This document shows, in pieces, positions 39,716-50,908 of a stretch of 64,000 nt of DNA. Below the pieces are notes generated by a model. It was not told the origin of the DNA, searched no databases, and saw only the letters and a program-made list of their open reading frames with translations. Position 1 is the stretch's first letter. The number at the start of each line of letters is the position of its first letter. The translations under genes and the position numbers were made by a program. The stretch is from Amphiscolops sp. MND2022 (lineage: Eukaryota), in assembly GCA_964187785.1 (NCBI GenBank), contig OZ076416.1, forward strand, positions 47,988,001 through 48,052,000. Reading direction: 5' to 3'.

Positions 39716-42700
39716 GTAAAGTTGTTGTAAAAACAACGAAAACGAAAATGCCAGCAAAGCAGTAAATATGAGGCTTTTGTGGAGGTTTGAAGGAGTTTAG
39801 TGAAAAGTCATACGACTTGCATCATGAAGACAGACAACGAGGAGGGGCAAGACAAAAAGACATGAGTGAGTGAACTGACAATAATGTTTTTTCATTCATA
39901 GAAAGGATGTTTCTGTGGTACGTGATACTGATGTGTTTCCGGATCATAGGCTTCTAGTTGTTGAGTGTAGCCAAAATCCTTCATCTTGGCATTGAACGCA
40001 TAACATATTTCTGTGAGTGCTTGACGGAAATAGTGGTCCTTTGTTGTGAATGAGATGTTTAGAATGAAAAAAGCCTCAGAAGTGGTTTCGCAGATTGCGA
40101 TCTTGAAGTGAATCAACTTGGAGCGCCCGTCGAAGTGAATGCGTGAAGTTGGATAAGTCGATGAAGACGTTGAAGAAGAGGAATAAGTGGACTGTGAATT
40201 AGACGCAGCGAGTGTGGCAATGGGTGTAAGCCAAGGAGGCAACAAAGAAGGAGAGGAGGTAGAGAACGAAAAGTTTGTGGAAGAAGAGAAGTTTGAATAC
40301 ATCGAATCATTTTGGAGCTATTTATATTGTACTATATGATGCTACAAGTTTTATGTTCCATTGGAAGTGCTATTGTAGTAAAAAGTTTGTGTTATATGAA
40401 AGGGTCCAAAGTTTAAAGGAACTTTATATTTGGTCATAGGTAAAAGAGAACGTTGGACTTACCATAAAGGAACGTTAAAGTGTAAAACTTTTACCTGTAG
40501 AATGGGTACAAACGAGAAAAAGTGCCAGAAAATCCAAGGTGTTACAAAATTGAAAAAGTTTATATTACCTGTATGAAGTTGAGATTAGTTAATCAAGAAA
40601 GAAAACATTGTTCAATGCTTCGAGAATAGATTAAAAAGCTTGTGAAGACTGATTAATTATTAGAGAGTCTAGATTCAAAGTTGGAAGGAGTTTTGAAGTT
40701 CGTTCAGAGATCGACGAGTCTAGTAAGAGTTGTGAGAGGTGTTTCATTGTGTCTTTTGTACGGTTCGAGTTTTTCAGTCATGTCTTTGAGTGACCGAAGA
40801 CTGAACATAAAAGCCATTTTGTCAGTAGTAATTTGCATAGATGAATAGTAGTTCATTATATGAGTATGATTGTTTGAACAGAGCGGTATAATACGATGTA
40901 TCTTTGTCATCGAGAGGTGATGAGACAAGATGTTTAAACACAGTGAGCGGTTTGACTATTGCTGTAGGTATGTTGCAAGGCAACAAAAACTCATTGAAGT
41001 GTATCAAATATTCTTGAGGTATTATCAATGGTCTAGATGTATCATTTAGTGGAAGGAGGCAAATATATTGTTTTATAGGGTCGTAGTTCCTGAGATATCC
41101 CGTTATTTTAGAGTGATCAATCGTATAGAGATTGGTCATAGTGAAAGGAGAAGTATATTTATAGTTGGCGAAAACGTAACTTTGCGGTGTTGAAAAAATT
41201 TCGTGTGTTTGATGATGAGTGATTTTTTGTGCAATTGAGTGAATTGTAGGATCGTGTTCGTCGGAATTCAAGTCAGAGATTGACGGACGAAGAACGTTAA
41301 ATTGCAGAGAAAAGATTTTGACATCATTATCAAGCCAATATAGATATGGTGACATTATTTTAGAAGCAATGGAAGTGAAAAAGTCTTAATTCTTGTCATA
41401 TAGTTTGAAGGTATAGTCAGTAGGATGCATGTACAACGAAGTTAGTAGAGACTTCAAAATGAAGCGATCATGCGAGAGAAGTGGTATGAAGTGATCATCT
41501 CGATTCGTCGAGAGTGAAGATTTAGAAGGTAATATCGGTTGATAGATCGTTGAAGAAAACAATACAGGGTCTTTCCTTATTTCATATCGTTTTTCCGAAG
41601 GTGGAGGTGTTCCATGAGATTAATCAGATTGTTCATAGTTATGTATTTCTGGAGATCTTTAATGTTTTTCTGAAGGAATTTGAGGAGCATTTCGTTCGGT
41701 ATTTGAACTATTATGTTCTGAAGAGGTTTGATCAGAAGTTGCATTGGAAGAACCTTGTTCCATGGCTTCGAGAAATAGATCCGGAGAATTGGTAAATACA
41801 AGTTGAGTTGAGAGATCAGTGTTATTAGTTTGTTGTTCAAATTGATTATGAAGGCTTTGCATATCAAGTTGCGCTTGTGTCATGATAAGGTTTTTGTTGA
41901 AGAAAAATTGTACTAACGAGTAGAATTATCGTGTGTTTTAGGAGGAGGAGCAACTACTCTAACTTTGACTGAAGGAGTATTTGGGCGATTCACTGTGATT
42001 TCTATAACGGGTGTTATTTGGAGCGGCGGAAGGTACTCAATTTTGAAAAAGATGGATGATTATCCTGTTGAAAAAAGATAGATAATTATTTCAATAGAGA
42101 ATCTTTTTTCAAAGCGGGGAGTGTTTGTAGTCAAGAAAATTTCAACTTTACATCAAGGAGTAGAGAGTCAGAATGACCAGTTCTAAAAAGATGGCGGAGT
42201 GAAGGAGTAAATTGTTTCAGAATACATTTTGACAGAACTTTCATTTTCATCAATGACAGATTGTGAATTTAAAGGATAAGCATTGGGATTTGAATTGACA
42301 TTAGAATAAGAAGGCAATATCGAATCTTGTAACGGAAAGGTATTGACAGTTGTGATAACTTTATTAGTAGATTCATGTAAAGAGCTTCTTCATTTGGGAA
42401 ATAATTTATATTTTGTCTTATTGGAAAGTCTCTTTGGACGTTGTGTATAGACAGGTTGTGGTGAAATAATTCTAAAGGGTTTATTAGAGGTTCTTGTTGG
42501 ATCATCTGAGTTGTCAGAAGAGTGGTCTAAAGGGTTTTCAATTATAGTTGACAGTTGATGTGAACTTTTAATGGGTGATAATGGTCGTCGAGTATGAGAA
42601 TCTTTTGGATCATTTATCATGTCGGCAGTAATATTTTTGAAAAAACCATGTGCTACAGAACTAAGGAAAATAATATTTTGTTTAAGATTATATTTTATCG

Positions 42701-42979
42701 AAAGTGTTTTATAGAGTTTGATAAGGAGTGTCAAAAGACTTTGTATGAAAAGGAATGTAGAAAAATATAGTCCACATAGTGTAAGAATACAACAAGGATA
42801 GCTAAATATTGGTAAATAAGCGTCTGAATATCATGTAGGTGTAAGGAACGGAGTTAGATTAGGGAGTTTATCGTGTAGTCCAATACGAAGTGTACTGTAA
42901 GGGTTAGTCCGAGAAATGTGAGAATCTGAAAATTCTGGAATATTAGTAGAAATGAACGAATAAGTAAGGGCTTTTTCAA

Positions 42980-43361
42980 ATTTGTTTCTCTTGTGCACTC
43001 TCAACGATGCAGTGTTTGATCGCTCAAATGGAGATTGTCGGTTTGATAGTAGTTTCCGAGTTGATAGTTTTTTTTGCGAAGTCGAAGACCACTTTGATAT
43101 CAGTTTGCAAGGATCCTTTCAAAACATTTCGTCACTGCGAGGAGGAATTTTCAACGGATTTGTTGATCACAGATTTGCTGGAACAGTTCCCGTAGCGCAG
43201 TGGATAGCGCGTTGGACTTCTAAACCAGAGGCCTGATAATCCCCATTTCAACTATCAAACATCGAACCAATGAGCGTCAACAAATGAAACACGTACACGT
43301 ACCCTCTACAGGATTGTTAAATTTTCAAAAGGATCAACCTCGGCGGGTTTCGAACGTGTGA
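42980..43361 (+). repeat. tRNA-Arg-containing repeat unit, copy 2, with its 3' 130 bp inverted
   Basis: Collinear with copy 1 up to CCAGAGG (43231). The reverse complement of 43232-43361 continues the alignment (TCACACGTTCGAAACCCGCCGAGGTTG vs TCGCGTGTTCGAAATCCGCCGAGGATG). Confidence 0.8.
43186..43231 (+). pseudogene. 5' half of tRNA-Arg(TCT); the 3' half is inverted at about 43333-43361
   Basis: GTTCCCG-TAGCGCAGTGGATAGCGCG-TTGGA-CTTCTAA-ACCAG-AGG; anticodon TCT at 43219-43221. Confidence 0.72.
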
Positions 43362-43993
43362 TCTTGACGATCTTGAAGGCACAGTCCTGCCCATTTCTTA
43401 GCTCATTAACCCGGATTGGAGGGTGAATTTTCGGGATTTAAACCGCAATATCTTCAAACCTATTCGAGCCCGACAAATGATTTGTAGCGCGTTCGAAAGA
43501 AGACTATCAGGGCTTTCATTTTGATTTTTAAAGTGCTGGGCTTTGCGCTGGCTCCAGACGTCGCGCCGAAAATTTGCGAGCATCAGGTCTTTGATTGCAT
43601 TTCAGCATGTTTCAACACATGCTAGGGTCAGTTTGACCCAATCTTGATACCAGCGGGATAAAAGGGCCAGAGACAAAAACTGGAAGAACGGAAAATCTGC
43701 GCTCAATTTTTTTCTGATTTTTGGTCCCATTTTCATGAATTCTGAGAAATCATGTTAATATTCCGTGAAATGGCGTGCAATGTTATGTATAATTGTCAGA
43801 AAATCTTATTCAAGAATTTTCTTCGCCAGCCGGTCAGCTGGACTTTAGAAGTTTAGAATTTAGAAGTTCGCAGAATTTAACAGGTACGAAATCGTACCAT
43901 GGTCCATTTAGGGATAATTTTTCAACAGATATGTTGACCACAGCGCAACAAACATTTAGTCGGCGCCTTTTGTAGAAAAACGCAGACTATAGT

Positions 43994-44188
43994 TGCGATA
44001 GAGCGATATAAATGATGTTACATGTTTGTAAATAAGTACTGGTACAAATTGTCTAAACCTTGAGTTTGCCTTGCTTCATTGCGTGAAGCCTTAGTAAAAC
44101 GAAACAGTTGACTATTCTAAATTCATCATTCATCAATTCACATTCATTCCCTCAATTTTTTTCAACTTCATTGAGTTCATCGTCAACA
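43994..44188 (+). repeat. 5' LTR (195 bp)
   Basis: TGCGATAGAGCG...CGTCAACA; 11 substitutions relative to the 3' LTR by my count (~94% identity). Confidence 0.95.
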
Positions 44189-47100
44189 TGGCGCTGCGAG
44201 CTGAAAATTCAGCACCTTCTTCGCCAACTTCATCGTCACACCTTGTCGGACTGCCGGTGTTCTGGAGTGATGCGGTTGAAAACCCTCCAATGGATTAGGA
44301 TAAGTGGTTTGACCTGTTTCAAGTGGCATTGATGGCCAAATATTCCATTTCAGTCACCGAATTGACGCGAGAAGCGAATCAGCAAAACCCAGGGTTCGTG
44401 CTCTTCTTGGGGATCTTGACGAAAATCATGCAATAGAAAAAGTAATTAGCATTCTATACTTATTACTGAGCGAACAAGCAAGAAAGCAGTTTATGGCACA
44501 CTGTGAGACTTAAAAGCTCAAGAACTTGTGCACTGATTGCTTTTGGAAAAAGAGGAACAGAACGCTGGACAGGCATCGATTTTTTTCAAGACACCAACAG
44601 CAAAGCGAATCATTATTTAAATTCTGGCATGCCCTAATGGATTGGCGGCTTTGTGTTATTTTGGGGAGATAATATCTATTATCCTAGTTCTGGACATGTT
44701 CATACTGCACATGAATACCAAAAAGGTGCAAGGAAAATTGTGCAGAGAGCCCAAGGAACCGGACCAGGCACTAGAATTTGCTATTGCCTTCGAGGAAGGA
44801 GTCAAACGACAAAAAACCTATGGCGCACCAGCCCCTGAGTCAACAACATCAACCATAAGAAGTGAACCGGTTTTCGCCGTGGAAAATGCTAACCTCAGGG
44901 ATTGCTATAGATGTGGGGTAGCGAACTTCACTATGGAACACGTGGATTTCTGCATGGCCACCAATCACCGATGTAAATTTTGTAAAATAGTAGGGCATCA
45001 GGAGAATTGCTGCAAAAAGAAGTTCCCTCAGCGGCAGAAAGATGATGCAGAGGCTGAAGAATCGTGACAACAAAAAAGGGATACGAAGAGTAAATTATAT
45101 TGAGGAATCCGAGGAAGAATCGGAAGAAGACGAAGACGAAGAGCAATTAGTACTGTGTGTAGACGGCGAGGGTTGCAAACCCTTCTACATGGAAGGAATG
45201 ATGTGCGGCAACTAATTTAAAGCGATTATCGATACTGGGTCGCCACATTCCATTTTTACCAAACGAGACTTGCAGAAAATTGTGGGAGATAGAAAAGTGG
45301 CGATCAGAGACATGATTCCGGGCGAACGCTACATTAATTACAACAAAAAACCATTAAATTTGTTTTGTTATCAGTTCGTACGACTTGAAGTTGCAGGAGT
45401 AACAGTATCAAAAGCCAGAGTTTTAGTAGCATCTAACTCAGAAAATCAATCATGGGCCGTGATTGGCTAGTTGTTCTACGCTACAAAATTACGCAGCCAA
45501 TAGAAGGAGGTGAGTGTAAAATAATTAAAAACAAAATGCAGGTTGTAAAGAATCCATTTTTGAAATAAGTCCCGAGGGAAAACAAAACCCCGAGGTACAG
45601 CAACTAGTGAGGGAATTTCCAAAATTGTTTGAACGAAAACGACGTGTGAAGAATTACGGAACTATAAGTAAAATGAAGGACGACGCGAGAATTACGCAGC
45701 AAAAGGGACGCCGCATTCCAATTCAATTACAAAACCAAGTAGACAATGAAATTAAAAAGTTGTTGAAGGAGGGCCATATTGAGAAAGTTGTTAAAGTCAA
45801 GACGATGTGTTTATTCAGCCTACGGTAATAACTGTGAAAAAGATAAGTCTGTGAAAATTGCCTTGGACGCAAGAGCGCTAAATCAATCATTAGCAAAAGA
45901 CAAATACCAAATGCCTAATTTAGATATTTTAATTGACTCGATCGCTAGAAGGGGAGGCGTGGTATTCCTCGGTAGACATGACGTACGCGTACAGGCAAAT
46001 TCCCCTACAAGAGCTAACAAGATGACGCTGCAATTTTCAAATAGTTAGGGGGGGAATCATCAGGTACTTATCGTTTCACAACTAGATTTTATGGCCTTAC
46101 CGTAATGCCAACAGAAATTTAAAAATTAAAGGACCTCACGTTAGCGAATGTAAATAGTGTATTTGTGTATACAGACGACGTGGTAATTGTACCAAAAGGA
46201 ACCAAGCAAGAACATTTGAACAAAGTGAGGGAAGTAATGAAAATTCTGGAAAAAGCGAAGTTGCAGCTGAAGGCCGAAAAATGCGTGATTGCACAAGAAA
46301 GTATTGAATGGCTCGGATATAAAATGACAAGAACGGGCACATCCCCAATTAATACAAAAGCCCAGGGAATAAGCGATAGGTTGAGACCAACCAACTTGAA
46401 ACAATTACGTTCATTCCTTGGAGCGGTTAATCACTTTAATAAATTCATACCGAATTTGGCAAGTATTAGTTTCCCATTTAGAACAAATTCGAAAAAAGAT
46501 AAGGAGTGGATATGGAATGAAGACCATGAAAATGCGCTTGTAAAATAAATGAACTAACACGAGTAGTAGAATTGTCGCATTTTAAAAGAAACCAAGAAAT
46601 ACGAATTATCTGCGACGCGAGCAGACAAGGTCTAGGTGCAGTTTTACAACAAAGTCAACCTAACGGAGAATGGAACCCGATCTGCTTTTTTGCATCTAGA
46701 TGTTTAACAGACTTCGAGGCGAAATATTCCATCAATGAGTTAGAATTATAAGCAATAATCTGGGCAGTAGAACATTTTAGAAATTATAGATATGGTTTAC
46801 AGTTAAATATACTTCCACACCATAAGGCATTTATGTCGGTACTAAAACCTAACAGGGGAAACGAAACTTTTCCAGCATGCTAACACGCTGGGTAGATAGT
46901 TTGCTCCCTTTCGATTTTGAGGTAGTACATGTCCCTGGTAGAACACTAGGAATGGCAGACTATGTATCAAGACATCCCACCGAACTTTGTGGATCATCCA
47001 TTAAAGCAGAAATCCTGTGGAATGAATGGTTGACTGTAAATAGCGTAATTAGCCTGAATGATGTTTTAGATGGCAGTGACGTAAGCAGCGAGAAAGGCAA

Positions 47101-48822
47101 GCCGGCGGAAAATGCCAACGAAGGGATTGGCATCAACCGCATAAATCAAGCAAGCCGACGACAGCCAATCAAATTGCAGAACGAACCTAATTCGCGGGAA
47201 TCAAATAAACGCCATTGTGGCAATATTGTTCAAAAGCGAAAGATGAGTCAATTAAATAATTCAATGAAAAGCTTTTACCGGAAAATTATTGCGCGGACAA
47301 ACTCATTCAACTAGTGTTAAAACTTGTAAAAATATACAATAAGACCGGAGTTACGAGGCTACCGTCCCCGTGGAGGGAAAAATTTCAAACATTCGCGCTC
47401 AACAGTCGCGGGTTTCTTTATATGGATAACCGACTGGTCATCCCGCAGGCCATGAGGCCTATGATAATGTGTTCCCTATATTACGGTCATCTCGGTCGGG
47501 ATGCCATGCTTGCTATGACCGAAGACATCTCGTGGCCTCGCATCCACCGTGAAGTTATTGACCAAGCACGGATGTGCGAACAGTGCCTTCAATCAGGTAA
47601 GAATTCAAAATACGTCCTGAAACAAAAACAAAAAGGGAAATTGCCGGAAATAATAGAACAAAATGAAGAAATTGCGTTAGATTTTGCGGGACCAATTCAA
47701 AATGCGAAAAAAGGTAATAAAGTACTTGTTAGTATCGATAGACCACTTTTCAGGATGGCCGGACGCAAAATTTCTTAATAGCCCGACAACGAAAAAGTCA
47801 TAGAATTTTTAAAACAATATTGTGCGCAGTACGGTGTACCTAAGAAAATACGTACGGACCATGGCACGGTGTTTGTAAGTGAGGCGTTTACACAATTCTG
47901 TAGACAATTTGGAATAGAGCACATAACCTGTCCTAATAGAGATCACAGAGGTAACGGAAAACTAGAGAGCTTGATTAGAACTATTAATGAACGAGTACGG
48001 GCTAATAAGCAGATCATTTTAAGCAATACGGTCTGAGATTTTATATTCGTTAAGGATAAGTAAGAAAAAGGACGGAAAGTCGCCGTTTGAAACCAAATGG
48101 GGAAAGAGCCAAATACGGTGAAATCAAATTTAGTGGGAAAGTATTTGGGTTTTTCAGCCCAAGATAACAGCGTACAGTTCCAGCCTGTAGACTTCCAAGA
48201 TGATTGCGACTCAACAGTTTTGGTACGTGAAAGAACGAAAGGTTCGAAACTCGAGCCAGACTTCGCGAGGAAATCACGAAAAGTAGCTGAGAATCCTTAT
48301 ACGATCACAGTATTACCAGGACCGTCAAAGACCCCAAAAGTCTCCTCAAAAAGGGATGTAGTGCAGGCATCCAAACAACAAAAGGAAAAATTCCAAAGAA
48401 TGGGAAAACGGGCGGTCATCGAAGAGCCGCTAACATCACGCGAAGCTGAGGTACACGCTAAAAAGAGGGGAAAACCAATAAAGTGGGGAAACCTAGCTAA
48501 CCCCGAATTAGCATTCGATCTGGAGATTGAAGCAAAACACCTCCATCATCAAAATCTCATCAAACCTGACAGTCAGTGAGGAAGCCCCGAAAAGCGTGCA
48601 AAGCGAAGAAGCCCCGAAAGGAGAGAAAGTAAAAGAAGAAAACGCCCCGAAAGAAAACAGCTTCCCGGAGAAGCCAGCACCCCTGTAAAGACCACGGTAT
48701 CCTGGCAAATAGAGAAGAAAGGACCAGTCCGTACATCGGAGAGGAAACACATGCCCCCAAAAAGATACGGAATCGACCTCATCACAAAGGAACAAGGAGG
48801 ACAAGAGAACAAAGAGAAGTAA
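44188..48822 (+). pseudogene. gag-pol polyprotein, disrupted by stops and frameshifts
   Basis: Twin zinc knuckles CYRCG..H..C / CKFC..GH..C (~44900-45015); protease IIDTGS (DTG at 45231); RT IALDARALN and YTDD (46168-46179); RNase H CDAS, ELEL, TRW, ADYVSRHP; integrase GHLG..CEQC, LDFAGP, RTDHG, GNGKLE; C-terminal PPKRYG. Confidence 0.92.
44189..44201 (+). promoter_or_regulatory. Primer-binding site, probably tRNA-Ser
   Basis: TGGCGCTGCGAGC directly abuts the LTR. It is complementary to a ...GCTCGCAGCG-CCA 3' end, resembling Ser(TGA/CGA) tRNA ends as I recall them. Confidence 0.7.
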
Positions 48823-48951
48823 CTAGTGGTTAACGCTAGCACTAAAACAGCAGAACAATTTTAGTTGTATATTATTTTTATAAGTTGAACATTATATTGA
48901 GTGACATTCACATTGACCATTAGTCCCTTATTAAACATTGTTGTTGTGTCC

Positions 48952-48964
48952 GGAAAAGGGGGAA
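48952..48964 (+). promoter_or_regulatory. Polypurine tract
   Basis: GGAAAAGGGGGAA immediately before the 3' LTR. Confidence 0.9.
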
Positions 48965-49159
48965 TGTGATAGAGCGATTTAAATGATGTAACATGTTTGT
49001 AAATAAGTACTGGTACAAAGTGTCTAAACCTTGAGTTTGCCTTGCTTCATTGCGTGAAGCCTTAGTAAAAGGAAACAGTTGACTATGCGAAATTCATCAT
49101 TCATCAATTTACATTCATTCCCTCAATTGTTTTCAACTTCATCGAGTTTATCGTCAACA
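48965..49159 (+). repeat. 3' LTR (195 bp)
   Basis: TGTGATAGAGCG...CGTCAACA followed by the TSD ATAGT. Confidence 0.95.
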
Positions 49160-49279
49160 ATAGTAGTGACTTTTGTTTTTTTAAAAACCAATGAAGTGAC
49201 AGATTTTATAAGCTCTATAAGCTGACGTGAACTAACACTAAATGCCACACTACTTCTACTGGCACTTTAGATACAGGTT

Positions 49280-49490
49280 ATTTAGGCTTTTTTGAGGTCC
49301 CCTTTTACATTTTTCGTCACTATGCGACTTACCGGGGACCAAACAAATTTGAAAAAAATTCGATTTTTTCAATTTCTTCCTCATGCGGGTACTGTAGAAG
49401 AGAGTACTTGACACTTTGAAGTCCTTTTGCTATTTTTGAGCCTTAGATATGGCGCCGACTTGGGCCGTTCCCGGCTTGTTCTCTTTTGGA
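49280..49490 (+). repeat. Old dispersed repeat, copy 1
   Basis: Motifs TGCGACTT and CCTTAG..GGCGCCGACTTGGGCCGTTCCCGGCTTG are shared with 51960-52150 (minus) and 57150-57535 (plus). Confidence 0.6.
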
Positions 49491-49514
49491 AAGCTTGAGC
49501 CTTTTCCAGATTAC

Positions 49515-49621
49515 GAGCTGGCTAACTCAGCTGTAACCTCTTTTAAAATGGTCGTTGTAATTATGAACGAAGTTGATCTCACAGAGTGAGATTACTTCCA
49601 ACCGACAGCGCCATCCTGCTT
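49515..49621 (+). pseudogene. Solitary decayed vault-RNA-like copy outside the array
   Basis: GAGCTGGCTAACTCAGCTGTAACCTC ... ATCTCACAGAGTGAGATTACTTCCAACCGACAGCGCCATCCTGCT. A box mutated and terminator lost (TTCT). Weak homology to the array spacer continues to about 49720 (AAGTG..CAAATACTCAG). Confidence 0.65.
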
Positions 49622-50240
49622 CTGAAATTTCGTGAAATCGGAAACAAAGAAACGTTTTAAAAAAGGTTACCCCCAATAATTAAACAAAGCATTGGAAGTG
49701 AACGACAAATACTCAGTCTAGCGTTAGTCTTCGAATTATCTTTACTACCATATTGATGTTTCTGGCGGAAGCAGTGACACAATCTTTATTTTCCGCCCAT
49801 ATTCCATATGGGAAAGGAAAATATATAAACCATACGGTTTTTTTAAAATATTGCTAAGCACCAAATTTATATTCAAATTGAAGGGTGTCACCCACATAAT
49901 TCACCTCACATAAAATAGCTTCGTGCGATATGTATGTGTAAAGATTTTTGGAATTTTTTGGGAATGACGAAAAGGACCCCGAAAACAACAAAATTTTGCA
50001 CAAGTTGTCGGCTGTATATGGAACTCCTGTAGTATCAATACTATAATTTTTGTAAACTTGCCCTCTCTGAGAATGAGCAGGCAACGACATGTGAATTGTT
50101 CTTATCAGACCCATCATCGACACTGAGCGTTACTTGTGATCCCTTCGAGACACCTCAGGCAGTAGTTAGTAATTCGGAGTAAACGGAATCAAGGAAATCA
50201 CCTCCCACTTTTTGCCTCGTTGATCCGACATACCCAAGCC

Positions 50241-50480
50241 TCAAAGAACGCAACGTTTTTTCCAATTGTCACTTTCTACCGCACTGAAAGGCAAGCAGAT
50301 GCCATAACCAAACCTTGCAACATTCCAATCAATGCCTTCCGCTTCTGTCTGGGACGTTTTAATTACGAGCTTGTCAATTCTTTGTTGTTTACAAGGTATA
50401 ATTTCGTCAGCCGTTGCTGTTTCAAGGCTTACTGGATGCTGCTCGAGAGGTGTTTTTTTTTCAATTTTCCCCAATTTCAA
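50241..50480 (-). pseudogene. Possible piggyBac-like transposase remnant
   Basis: TADEIIPCK...KLVIK...W.VA.FGYGI resembles the piggyBac DE.MIPFKG..KQY...K.W...GY segment. Short and degenerate. Confidence 0.35.
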
Positions 50481-50823
50481 CTAACTCAAATCTACAATCT
50501 TTGCATTCAGCTCGTTTATTAGGGAATCCGTCTAAATGATTCCAAATGAAATCTCTTCTGCGTCCATCCGCTTGTTTATGTGACATTATGTGGTCAATAT
50601 TGTAAGTTGAATAAGGGGAAATTTTAACGGAAATGTGATATAAACAATTGCTTTCTTGATTTATGAAGAGTCACCAGAAGGGTCTTAACAAGAAGAAGTT
50701 ATCGTAATGATTCAAGCAATACCAGGGTGACTTTTAATAAAACCTGCAGAGTGAATCAGATGAAAATATTAAGTTATTTTTTAATGAATGGTCATGGTTT
50801 GGCTTGATTAGGGTTTGACTTAC

Positions 50824-50908
50824 CGATAGAGGGAAGAAAAGGAGTGAACAGCTGATGGAACTGCATGTGAACAACTTCAGAGCCAGCACCAAGTCCAGAC
50901 GATCCAGT
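50824..50908 (-). CDS. PKD1-like exon: TM5 region (LVLALKLFTCSSISCSLLFFPLS)
   Basis: ttttttgatacag acceptor and G|GTAAGT donor; 85 nt, phase 2 to 0. Confidence 0.75.

Larger units (their letters stand above)
38130..42975 (-). mobile_element. Decayed element of uncertain class (possibly a retroelement remnant) with fragmented minus-strand ORFs
   Basis: Persistent G>C skew on the plus strand. Minus-strand ORF fragments at 39892-40302, 40822-41355, 41659-41883 and 42390-42734. Only weak RNaseH/integrase-like hints near 40400-40550 (HLGFSGTFSRL...LYGKSNV). No LTR or TIR found. Confidence 0.35.
43994..49159 (+). mobile_element. Ty3/Gypsy LTR retrotransposon (Mag-like), full length 5166 bp, inactivated
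   Basis: TG...CA LTRs, 5-bp TSD ATAGT (43989-43993 and 49160-49164), PBS and PPT present. Domain order Gag-PR-RT-RNaseH-IN. Confidence 0.96.

Noticed and set aside
37745-43361. The two direct repeats as canonical LTRs
   Set aside because: No TG...CA ends, PBS, PPT or TSD found; they contain tRNA genes. Kept only as an open alternative in the findings.
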